Shown: positions 1-8,161 of the stretch, piece by piece
Layout of the letters: each line of letters starts with the position of its first letter
How positions within the stretch are numbered: the stretch's first letter is position 1
Assembly: GCA_034659915.1 (NCBI GenBank)
Contig: JAYEID010000012.1
Coordinates: 1-59,686, forward strand
Origin: Patescibacteria group bacterium
GTDB lineage: Bacteria > Patescibacteriota > WWE3 > JAUXAW01 > JAYEID01
DNA: 59,686 nt
Direction: 5' to 3'
Made by a program: the position numbers and the translations under genes
Notes under the pieces: model-generated
What the model was told of the DNA's origin: nothing
Seen by the model: only the letters and a program-made list of their open reading frames with translations
Databases searched by the model: none

Positions 1-103
1 AGAGGCAGGGTATTAGCAAGTTCTTATAATGACTAAAAAAGTAGGAGTACATTATATACTCAAATATAGGATAGGTAGCTTACCCCATAGGTCATTAAAA
101 AGG

Positions 104-541
104 TCAGGCAGCACACTTTTTCATAAAACTCGCACTGCCAACCACAAAAGGGGCCATTGCCTCTTCAAGTTTCGATCTTTGTGCCCCAGATTCAAGATCA
201 ATTTGATCTTTCAAAGCATACAACCGAAAGAAATACCGATGGACGCCAGATGGGGGACAGGGTGGATAATAACCAACCTCTCCACTACTGTTTATTCCTT
301 CTACCGCCCCAGCAGGTAGTGAATTCTCTTCTATTTTAGAAGTATCCGCACTTACATTCCAAACTAACCAATGGGTAAATGTGCCTCCTGGAGCATCAGG
401 ATCATCCATTACCAAAACCAAACTAACCGCTTCTGGGGGAATGTCCTCAATTTCCAAGGGGGGACTAATTCCAGCCCCGTTACAAGTATACTTTTGCGGA
501 ATATACTGCTCTTTTTCTAGTACAGAGCTCGTAATTCTCAT
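104..541 (-). CDS. YbhB/YbcL-type PEBP (Raf kinase inhibitor-like) protein
   Basis: 145-aa ORF with PEBP hallmarks: DDPDAPGGTFTHW and GYYPPCPPSGVHRYFFRLYAL. Confidence 0.85.
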   Translation of the reverse strand: MRITSSVLEKEQYIPQKYTCNGAGISPPLEIEDIPPEAVSLVLVMDDPDAPGGTFTHWLVWNVSADTSKIEENSLPAGAVEGINSSGEVGYYPPCPPSGVHRYFFRLYALKDQIDLESGAQRSKLEEAMAPFVVGSASFMKKCAA

Positions 542-618
542 AATGCTGATTTAAAGCTAACAAATTTCTATTAATTATAAGTTAAAAAAGTGTAAGATTT
601 CTTAAAGATTAAAACTTC

Positions 619-2235
619 CTAGCGATACGCCCGGTGCAAGTATTCCTGTACCATCCTGCTAGCATTGAAAAATGAAGCATTTAGCACAATTGCTTGCTTC
701 ATAATATTTTGCCACTTAGCCGGTTTGTTATAAAAAGTAGGAACAATATCCTGTTCTAGTTTCTGGTACAACTCTTCCGAGCCCTCGAAAGCCCACCCAG
801 TTTTACCTTCTACCCAACCCTCACGCCACCAGCCATCCAGTACACTAAGTTGAGGAACACCATTCAATGCACACTTCATCCCGCTTGTCCCTGAGGCTTC
901 CCGCAGTGGCTGGGGGGTATTAAGCCACAAATCCACGCCAGCAACTAAGTCCTTTGCCAAATCTATATTGTAATTTTCAAGATAAACCAAACTTAACTTA
1001 CCAGTAAGTTTCCGGGACAATTTGATAATTTCCCTAATTAATTCCTTTCCCTCCTTATCTCGGGGATGGGCTTTCCCCGCATAAATAATCTGCAACTGAC
1101 CTTGGGTATTTGCAATATCTCTTAGCCTTTCTTTATCCTCCAAAAAGAGCAGGGGACGCTTATAAGAAGTAAAGCGCCGCGCCCAACAAAGAGTTAAAAA
1201 GTCGTAATCAAAGCCAGCGTTTTTTTGACTATTGACATAGTCAATAACCTTTGTTTTTGCCTTTTGGTGCGCTTTCCAGATTTTTTCCTCTTCAATTCGA
1301 GTTGCAGATCTTAATGTAGAAGGATCTCGCCGCCAATCCGGTAGTTCTAAATCATAAAGCTCTTGAAACGGCTCAGAGGTCCAAGTCTGAGCATGTACCC
1401 CGTTAGTAATAGAATGAACTGGGAAATTAGGAAACATAGATCGGGAAATTTGCGCATGCCGCTTTGCAACACCATTTATGTAACCAGACATCTCTAACGC
1501 TAATTCAGTCATATTCAGGCGATCTTTTTCCTTAAGCCCAGAAGGTATTGCTTGAAAAAGAGAGTCACTAAGAACCAACTTCACATCCCTAAGGGGAAAC
1601 TTGTCATGTCCAGCTGGTACAGGTGTGTGGGTAGTAAACTTACAAAATTCGCGAACTTTTTCCCTGCTACCTAGTTGCTTTTGAAGTTCCAAACAAAGAA
1701 ATGAGGAATGCCCCTCATTAAGATGATAGTGCTCAACTGAATCATAACCTAACTCCTGAAGCAGCCGAACCCCACCAACCCCCAAAATAAGTTCCTGCTT
1801 CATCCGATACATATCACCACCGCCGTACAGCTCATTGGTAAGACCTCTATCTTCATTCGCATTTTCCGGCAAATCCGTGTCCAAGAAAAATAATGGGACT
1901 CGGTATCCGGAAACACCCTCAATCAAATACTTCCAAGCAGTAACAGCTACATCTCGCCCCGCCACTTTAACCTGAACCTTAACATCAACAGGTTCTAAAA
2001 AGTCGTCCAACCGCCAACTAACTGGAGCCTCTACTTGCCGATCACCCTCAACCTTCTGGTAAAAGTAGCCTCCACGAGAAAGCAGAGTAACACCTAAAAT
2101 GGGAAGCGAATTGTCTGCGCTTGCTTTTAGAAAATCCCCAGCCAATACACCCAAACCACCAGAGTAGGTGGGTATTCTAGAATCTACACCAACCTCCATT
2201 GAAAAATAAGCAACCTGTCGTCTATCTTCCTGCAT
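619..2235 (-). CDS. glgP: alpha-glucan (glycogen/maltodextrin) phosphorylase, GT35 family
   Basis: 538-aa ORF. YFSMEVG...GGLGVLAGD N-terminus, NGVAKRH motif and the PLP-lysine context EASGTSGMKCALNG. Confidence 0.9.
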   Translation of the reverse strand: MQEDRRQVAYFSMEVGVDSRIPTYSGGLGVLAGDFLKASADNSLPILGVTLLSRGGYFYQKVEGDRQVEAPVSWRLDDFLEPVDVKVQVKVAGRDVAVTAWKYLIEGVSGYRVPLFFLDTDLPENANEDRGLTNELYGGGDMYRMKQELILGVGGVRLLQELGYDSVEHYHLNEGHSSFLCLELQKQLGSREKVREFCKFTTHTPVPAGHDKFPLRDVKLVLSDSLFQAIPSGLKEKDRLNMTELALEMSGYINGVAKRHAQISRSMFPNFPVHSITNGVHAQTWTSEPFQELYDLELPDWRRDPSTLRSATRIEEEKIWKAHQKAKTKVIDYVNSQKNAGFDYDFLTLCWARRFTSYKRPLLFLEDKERLRDIANTQGQLQIIYAGKAHPRDKEGKELIREIIKLSRKLTGKLSLVYLENYNIDLAKDLVAGVDLWLNTPQPLREASGTSGMKCALNGVPQLSVLDGWWREGWVEGKTGWAFEGSEELYQKLEQDIVPTFYNKPAKWQNIMKQAIVLNASFFNASRMVQEYLHRAYR

Positions 2236-2338
2236 AATGTGATTTTATCAAAAAGGGGAAAAAATAAAAGGTTTCTAAAATTCAAACTTAAGGCATAAAA
2301 TAAAAACCGTAAGCTTACTTCTAATTTACTTGGTCCTG

Positions 2339-2542
2339 CTACCAATGCTGAACAATATCTCTAACCCATATCTCAAAATCATTTGCGGAACCCGAGGGAT
2401 TATTCTTGGAACAGTACTCCTTCAAAACTCGCATAATATCGGCGCATTCTTCAAGGGTAATTTCAAAACCCAAACTCCTCAAAAAATTGAGAAAGCTTTT
2501 TTCATCAAAAAGAAGTAAATTTAAATAATAATTGCTAAACAT
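2339..2542 (-). CDS. hypothetical small protein (67 aa)
   Basis: ORF in the gap between two minus-strand genes with a plausible globular composition. No recognisable motif. Confidence 0.3.
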   Translation of the reverse strand: MFSNYYLNLLLFDEKSFLNFLRSLGFEITLEECADIMRVLKEYCSKNNPSGSANDFEIWVRDIVQHW

Positions 2543-2607
2543 GATAAAAGTGTTAAGATATAAATATAGCCCAAAAGAAATTTCTCAAGATTTCTTTTGC
2601 GGTTTTC

Positions 2608-2631
2608 GGGGCTGGTGTAAAAGCCAGCCCC
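2608..2631. terminator. GC hairpin GGGGCTGG-N8-CCAGCCCC between convergently ending ORFs
   Basis: 8-bp perfect stem just downstream of the 2670..4187 stop. The flanks are only moderately T-rich on either strand. Confidence 0.4.
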
Positions 2632-2669
2632 AGCCCTTCTCTTTTGTTATTCTTCAAACATTTCTTTTG

Positions 2670-4187
2670 TTATTCTTCAAACATTGTCAAAATAATTCCA
2701 TCATTTACATTTTTATTGCTGGGTATTATTGTTTTTGCTCCTACTCTCTTAGCAATAGTTTCACCCAAGGCATTGCTAACTACCGCCCCATCTATCCACT
2801 TTGGATTACTAGGCATATAGCTCCGAAGTTCGTCTTTCGGCATCTGACGCATCTTTTCCGCATGTTTTTCCAAAGCACTAATAGATAACTCTTTCGGATG
2901 CTGCCGCGAATAATCGGAATTTTCCAATGGAAAACCAGTTATCAGCATATAATCAAGTTCTCCTCCAGTATAAATAAACAGAAGGTCACCCTCCAGCTTA
3001 CCTATACCTTTTTGATCCAAAACTTCTTCAATCTCACCAACCAGTTTTTTGTAGTCAGTTGCGGAAATTATATCTTCCGCATAATACTTTTCATTAAGAT
3101 CAGTTACACTCAAAGGGAAGCTAACATTCTTAATTATTTCTCCATCCGGATCACTTGTTACCAGCCGGGTAGTACTTCCGCCTACGTTCAAAACAGCCAA
3201 AGGACGTTCAACTCCCGCAAAACTTTCATGAACAGCCTCAAAAACTAAGCGAGCCTCGTCTTCCCCCGTTAAAACCTCCAACTCCAGCCCTGTCTTTTGC
3301 TTTATTGTAGACATAAACTCCTCGGCATTTTTAGCCATCCGCAAAGCACCAGTCCCTACCAACTTCACATCAACTGCACCGCGAGAGTCTGCTTCTTCCA
3401 AAAGCTCTTCAACTGCCTGAAGAGTTCGCTTCCGCGGCAATTCGCCCAAAACTTTTTTTTCAAAGAAGTTTTCTACCAAATTAGTATAAACTGATTTTTT
3501 GTGGACGGTCTCCGCGCTGCCATCCTTATTAACTTTACAAACATAAAGTTTAACTGTGCTAGAACCAAGATCAATAATTCCCAATATCACCGGATAGTTA
3601 AGTTTCTTACCACTCTGTAACTCTGCCTTTTCTCCTATACTATTAAAAATATGCCAATTGCTTTCATCAACATACTTTGGAATACCAATATCACCCCAAG
3701 TTACAAACCTTAGAGGCTGATCTGGCTTATGAGCAAGCCAGAAATAAATCTCCGCCAAAACACCCTCCGGAAAATTGGAAATATGCGCTGAAGTTTCTTT
3801 TCCATCAAACAGCGGACGCTCCTCTCCAAAGACCCACAACTCATCACACCCTTCAAGCAAGGAAAAACAATCCTTTACAACCTCTTCCTTCTTATTTTTA
3901 TGGGAAACGCTACTCAGATAATAATCGAGAGTACCAATAGGGTGAATAGGAACGTAGTTTAAGGAATAAGCAAACTCCCGCATAAAGTTTATGTATTTGT
4001 AAAACCTGCCTCCGCTAGAGAGATAAACTGTTTTTCTAAGATCTCGGTCAGGGTTGTGAGAAATTTTATTTAGCTTTTTCCTTTGCCCCTTATCTAATAA
4101 TTGGGCAAAATTGTCAAAGCTCAACTTGGTGGGGGAGGGAAGGCTATTGCGAGTGTTGAAATTTTTGTCACTTGACATTTGGCACAT
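2670..4187 (-). CDS. fusion protein: N-terminal nucleoside 2-deoxyribosyltransferase-like domain plus C-terminal Ppx/GppA (ASKHA) phosphatase domain
   Basis: The C-terminal part carries ASKHA/Ppx-GppA motifs: IIDLGSSTVKLYV, LVGTGALRMAKN, LNVGGSTTRL. Residues about 50-170 (VYLSSGG...CDELWVFGE...GVLAEIYFWL) resemble the NDT/DUF4406 Rossmann-like fold. Confidence 0.7.
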   Translation of the reverse strand: MCQMSSDKNFNTRNSLPSPTKLSFDNFAQLLDKGQRKKLNKISHNPDRDLRKTVYLSSGGRFYKYINFMREFAYSLNYVPIHPIGTLDYYLSSVSHKNKKEEVVKDCFSLLEGCDELWVFGEERPLFDGKETSAHISNFPEGVLAEIYFWLAHKPDQPLRFVTWGDIGIPKYVDESNWHIFNSIGEKAELQSGKKLNYPVILGIIDLGSSTVKLYVCKVNKDGSAETVHKKSVYTNLVENFFEKKVLGELPRKRTLQAVEELLEEADSRGAVDVKLVGTGALRMAKNAEEFMSTIKQKTGLELEVLTGEDEARLVFEAVHESFAGVERPLAVLNVGGSTTRLVTSDPDGEIIKNVSFPLSVTDLNEKYYAEDIISATDYKKLVGEIEEVLDQKGIGKLEGDLLFIYTGGELDYMLITGFPLENSDYSRQHPKELSISALEKHAEKMRQMPKDELRSYMPSNPKWIDGAVVSNALGETIAKRVGAKTIIPSNKNVNDGIILTMFEE

Positions 4188-4281
4188 TAAGTGTCATTTT
4201 TAATAAAATTAGGTGGCACTTTTTACATACTGGTTTTAGTTAACTATTTTCTAGTTACCTTGTCGAGGAGTTTATAGATTT

Positions 4282-4881
4282 ATGAACGAAATTGTTCGCG
4301 CCTATTTTGATGCGCAACCTAAACAAAAGGAGGAAGAGGTCCTCTGTCACAAAATTGTAGATATTCTTAGTCAAAAAGGCTGCAACGTAATCCAAACCAC
4401 ACTGGGAATAGAATGGGATTACATGGAAGAGTGGGGGAGGGAAGCTGCCACAAATATTTACAGTTCAAAAATCGAGGATATAAAAAGCTCTGATATTATT
4501 GTTCTAGAAATGTCGCGTAAATCACACCTTCTAGACTTCGAAGCAGTAGAAGCTATAAATCAATCCAAACCATCTCTCATCCTCTTTAACAAAAACAAAA
4601 ATGAACGCCCCGACGTTGCTCTACTCGGACACCCCTCTAGCAATTTAAAAATTATTGTATATAAAGAAGAAAATTTGGAAAAAATAATTGAGGATTTTCT
4701 CAAAAAAGCACAAAAGAAAGTTCCCCGGGTACGCTTTACAGTCCGCCTTTCCGAAGAAATAAATAACTATCTAAAATTCCTGAAAGCAAAATTAAAACTA
4801 TCTTCCAAAAACGATGTTGTTAACAAGATACTTGAAGAGAAAATGAAAAACGACCCCGACTATCAAAACATAAAACTCTAA
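4282..4881 (+). CDS. DNPH1/NDT-like domain fused to a C-terminal ribbon-helix-helix (CopG/Arc-like) DNA-binding domain
   Basis: 199 aa, colinear paralog of 8162..8740. C-terminal RFTVRLSEEINNYLKFLKAKLKLSSKNDVVNKIL fits the RHH strand-helix-helix pattern. Confidence 0.7.
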   Translation: MNEIVRAYFDAQPKQKEEEVLCHKIVDILSQKGCNVIQTTLGIEWDYMEEWGREAATNIYSSKIEDIKSSDIIVLEMSRKSHLLDFEAVEAINQSKPSLILFNKNKNERPDVALLGHPSSNLKIIVYKEENLEKIIEDFLKKAQKKVPRVRFTVRLSEEINNYLKFLKAKLKLSSKNDVVNKILEEKMKNDPDYQNIKL

Positions 4882-5149
4882 CGCCCCACAAATAATTCCA
4901 GCCCGCCACAAAAAAACATTGTGACTTTTAAAGGATTTTTTAGTTCTACTAAATAGAGTGCTCATAAATATTACAAACGATTTGGTTGAGTTTCTTCGGG
5001 CTCAACTATTAAAAAAACATAAAGCAGCTGCCTTTGAAGAACCAAGAAAATCACCTACCAAGAGTAAAAGGTTAGCCAAAATCCAAACAAAGTCGGAGCC
5101 AAAATAGGTTATCTTTGATCCCCAGAAAAACCGCGCTTACGTCAGCTGT

Positions 5150-6013
5150 ATGCGGGGGAAATGCATTCAAATCTTTAAGATAAAAAATAAAAACCTTTTC
5201 CTAGAATCTGAAATAAGCCTTCCCGAACATTGCATAGAGCTAGAAACTTTTGACTCGCTGCTACTTGCTACCACCAGTAACTTCAAACGGGGACCAATAG
5301 AAAGAAGCTATCTCTACATTATCAACAAGAACACTCAAGAAATAGTCTCTAAAACTAGGACAGGTGGGTCTTGGAGCAAAGTTGCAAAAAAGCATCCCCA
5401 AAAAAATTTGGTTTTTGTTTCCAACTGGAGAAGTAATAACATCTCAATCATTGATATGGAAAATACGAAATCGCCCAAAATCAAACAGGTAATTCACTGC
5501 GGCAACCGTCCCCGGGGAATAACATTTACCCCAGAAGGCACAGTCTTAGTAGCAGGTTTTTACTCACGAAAACTACATTTCCTTAAAGAAAATAGGGGAA
5601 AATACCAAAAAAGCTCTAAACTTGTCCGGTTCGCGTCAAAAGCTTACAGCGGAAATATGCGAGATGTGCTCGTAACCAAAAATGGTAAATATGCCTACGT
5701 TTCCAATATGGGAAAAAATATGGTTCATAAATTTGATTTAGAAAAGAAAACATTTACAAAATCCACACTGGTAGGAAAATTTCCTAGTTCAATCCGCTTT
5801 TTAAACAATAAAGAAAACGCACTCCTTGTATCATGCAGAGAATCAAATTTCATTTATTTTCTTGACACAAAAAGAATGAAAATTATCGGTCACTCAGAAA
5901 AAACAAGCAAAAAGCCAACAGGACTAGCCCCTGTGCCAAGGGGTTTTCTTTGCACAGCTTTTAGATCAAATACCTTGGAATATCACAAGATTTCGACCAA
6001 TATATTAGTGTAA
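5150..6013 (+). CDS. YVTN/YncE-like beta-propeller repeat protein (possibly 5'-truncated)
   Basis: Repeated blade motifs: LVFVSNWRSNNISIID, YAYVSNMGKNMVHKFD. One more blade-like stretch (VIFDPQKNRAYVSC) lies in frame upstream of the first ATG, directly after a TAG at 5105-5107. Confidence 0.65.
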   Translation: MRGKCIQIFKIKNKNLFLESEISLPEHCIELETFDSLLLATTSNFKRGPIERSYLYIINKNTQEIVSKTRTGGSWSKVAKKHPQKNLVFVSNWRSNNISIIDMENTKSPKIKQVIHCGNRPRGITFTPEGTVLVAGFYSRKLHFLKENRGKYQKSSKLVRFASKAYSGNMRDVLVTKNGKYAYVSNMGKNMVHKFDLEKKTFTKSTLVGKFPSSIRFLNNKENALLVSCRESNFIYFLDTKRMKIIGHSEKTSKKPTGLAPVPRGFLCTAFRSNTLEYHKISTNILV

Positions 6014-6083
6014 AGAAAAGGCGGAGGGTGAAGCCTGCCTAAAACAAGGCAATTTTGCAATTTCAAACCTCCGCAAAAAAAGA

Positions 6084-6488
6084 TCAAACCAAAACCTTCT
6101 CTCCCTCTTCAACTGCTTGTGGGTCAACTGTAGTCCCACCCACATAAACAACCTCGAAAGCACCAAAAAGAATAAGGGTACGCCAATACTCATATTTTTC
6201 AACAAAGTCCTGGATTCTATCCAAGCAATCATTGGCATCACCCGCAGAATCAAACCGCAAAGTGACTGCCCCCTCTTTTTCCCCGCCATAAAAAGTATCA
6301 ATCTCAGAATGTCTGATTACACTTGCGGGAATCTTAAAACCGTTCACAGATCCCACAAAAATAACTCTCTGAAAGTTTAGCTCCACAGGACCAGATTCCT
6401 CTTCGCACGATAGCTGTATCCGAGCCTTATTGAATTCGTCTCTGCGCTGCCTGCCGTTCGGGAAAACCAAAGTAACCCAAGCCGCCAT
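6084..6488 (-). CDS. hypothetical protein (134 aa)
   Basis: Longest ORF in this interval. No motif recognised. Confidence 0.45.
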   Translation of the reverse strand: MAAWVTLVFPNGRQRRDEFNKARIQLSCEEESGPVELNFQRVIFVGSVNGFKIPASVIRHSEIDTFYGGEKEGAVTLRFDSAGDANDCLDRIQDFVEKYEYWRTLILFGAFEVVYVGGTTVDPQAVEEGEKVLV

Positions 6489-6817
6489 TCTACACCAACG
6501 TCCCTATTGTCCACAAGCGGAATTACATTGGAACTTTTTCCGAAAACACAGTATTGAAACTTTACAACCAACACAAAGTCCAAGAAGATCTTTTGGTCAA
6601 AAATATTAAAGATACCTTAACTTCTCGCGCAAATACTGCTGAAGTAGAGTTTTTAGACCCTAACGTTAGCTTTTATGAAGTTATGTAACAGTTTCAAAAT
6701 TACATCAATGAAGGAAAGCGGCTAGGCGTAATTTACCTAACTCCCGGAAGCAAAAAGTCCGGCAATATAAAAGGAATCATAACCGCCTGGGACCTTTATA
6801 AGGGTAAAGAAACATAA
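6476..6817 (+). pseudogene. CBS-domain pair remnant interrupted by an in-frame TAA, with no start codon
   Basis: One frame reads ...YTNVPIVHKRNYIGTFSENTVLKLY...FYEVM, then TAA at 6686-6688, then QFQNYINEGKRLGVIYLTPGSKKSGNIKGIITAWDLYKGKET. Both halves look like CBS motifs. There is no ATG/GTG at the 5' end. Confidence 0.4.
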
Positions 6818-6923
6818 CTACTTTTACTGGCATTTCCAATGGTCTGGTTTCCTATCATAGAACTCCATTGGCCCTCCGCCATCATATCCTCATCTCCACC
6901 ACCATCTGTACCAGGTTTAAAAC

Positions 6924-7643
6924 TTACTTAAATAACAGACTCACACCAGCAATAAAAACAAAAGCATAAATCGCACGCTCTATCCAAATTGGGCTCACTT
7001 TCTTAAAAAGCTCTGTTCCCAAGAACAGCCCCAAAAAGAGGCAAGGTAATGCGAAAAGAACATAACGCAATACTTCTCCAGTTATCCGCCCGGAAAGAAG
7101 GTGTCCCACAACAACAAAAACCCCGGTAATACCCATATAAGTAGCAACCAAATCCTTATTCTCATGTTTAGAAAGGTTTTCGTTTGCAATCGAATAGAGC
7201 CCAATCAAAGGACCATTAACATTAAAGGAAGCACCAAAAAACCCAGCAATAGACCCCATAATAAAACCGCCAACATTGCCCATCTTTAAGAAACTCTCTT
7301 TGCTAAAAAAGTTATAAAGGACGTACACAATAAGAACCACCCCCAAAATCAAAGAGAGTGTTTCCTCCTGAGCATATCCCAAAAATAAAATTCCCAACGG
7401 AACTCCAACAAAAGCTCCCGCAAAAAGCGGAATTAGGTGTGGAGAAAGATTGTGCGTTTTAGTCTTTATAGCAACAATACCAGTAGCAACTAGCGAAATA
7501 ACAGCTACCAGGGGGATAGCAGTAGAGAGAGGCAAGATAAAAGGAAGGAGAGACATTAAAATTGCAGAAATACCAAAACCAATTAGCTCCACTCCAACAC
7601 CAGCAATTAAAAAGGCAATTGCAAAAAGCAAATACTGCACCAT
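6924..7643 (-). CDS. TauE/SafE family sulfite/anion exporter (membrane)
   Basis: 239-aa polytopic membrane protein with the glycine-rich helices and length typical of TauE/SafE. Confidence 0.8.
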   Translation of the reverse strand: MVQYLLFAIAFLIAGVGVELIGFGISAILMSLLPFILPLSTAIPLVAVISLVATGIVAIKTKTHNLSPHLIPLFAGAFVGVPLGILFLGYAQEETLSLILGVVLIVYVLYNFFSKESFLKMGNVGGFIMGSIAGFFGASFNVNGPLIGLYSIANENLSKHENKDLVATYMGITGVFVVVGHLLSGRITGEVLRYVLFALPCLFLGLFLGTELFKKVSPIWIERAIYAFVFIAGVSLLFK

Positions 7644-7698
7644 GCAAAGTCTATTATAACAAAAGCTTATTTCAAAACCACAAAGAAAGAAAAAAAGC

Positions 7699-7766
7699 GG
7701 AAAGAGTAGAACCTGCGTTCTTGCTCAAGAGCGTTGAGCTTTTCTCCCCAGGGGAGTACTCTTTCC
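7699..7766. ncRNA. 68-nt cloverleaf-like structured element, copy A
   Basis: Closing stem GGAAAGAGTA/TACTCTTTCC encloses three hairpins: GAAC-CTGC-GTTC, GCTCAA-GAGCG-TTGAGC, CTCCC-CAG-GGGAG. Second copy at 10934..11001. Confidence 0.55.
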
Positions 7767-7792
7767 GTAATACTGCTCTTCCTAACGCGCAT

Positions 7793-7987
7793 TTAGCGCT
7801 TGGAGGGAGGGGGTCCCTGCTTACTCTCCAACTTGTCCCAAGCGTTTCGGTCCGCTTCTTGCCTGTCTCGGCCCCAAGCTCTCGCTCGGTTTCCAGTCTT
7901 GGTATCCTCAACAGTCGTCGAGCGACCCGTGCCGAGCAGGGCATCTAGAACACCAGTACTGTCATACTTCTTGAATCTTTTACCCAT
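7793..7987 (-). CDS. small basic protein (64 aa), hypothetical
   Basis: ATG preceded by AAGGAGGTGAgactg. Several frames are open here because the segment is GC-rich, so coding status is uncertain. Confidence 0.4.
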   Translation of the reverse strand: MGKRFKKYDSTGVLDALLGTGRSTTVEDTKTGNRARAWGRDRQEADRNAWDKLESKQGPPPSKR

Positions 7988-8042
7988 CAGTCTCACCTCC
8001 TTTCCATCTCTATCTGCAGCTAACTTTTTAAGGTTCGCCAAA

Positions 8043-8071
8043 ATTTTAAAACTACCTAGAAAAACAGGCAA
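8043..8071 (-). promoter_or_regulatory. sigma70-like promoter (TTGCCT-N17-TAAAAT) upstream of the 7793..7987 ORF
   Basis: On the minus strand the -35 is at 8066-8071 and the -10 at 8043-8048, with a 17-nt spacer, about 55 nt upstream of the ATG. Confidence 0.45.
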
Positions 8072-8088
8072 TTCCACATATTTATGCT

Positions 8089-8107
8089 GTGCATAATTTT
8101 TATGCAC
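8089..8107. promoter_or_regulatory. 19-bp perfect palindrome GTGCATAA-TTT-TTATGCAC (candidate operator)
   Basis: 8-bp arms, 18 nt upstream of the predicted -35 and directly downstream of the RHH-domain gene. Confidence 0.4.
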
Positions 8108-8161
8108 GTAAGAACAAAAAATTATCTGAGAAAGTAGGAAAAAGTAAGTAGGGGAGGGGTT

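Noticed and set aside
7699-7766. The cloverleaf elements as genuine tRNA genes or tRNA pseudogenes
   Set aside because: The closing stem is 10 bp, not 7. The D-like and T-like loops are 3-4 nt and lack the GG and TTCRA signatures. There is no discriminator or CCA context. The Ala-like triplets (AGC/GGC) in the middle loop are probably coincidental.
7562-8107. Four overlapping ORFs of 90-128 aa on both strands (7562..7948+, 7672..7944-, 7793..8107-, 7800..8096+)
   Set aside because: They all lie in one short GC-rich islet where stop codons are rare by composition. Only the 64-codon frame beginning at the ATG behind AAGGAGGTGA (7987) has a translation signal. The others were not annotated.
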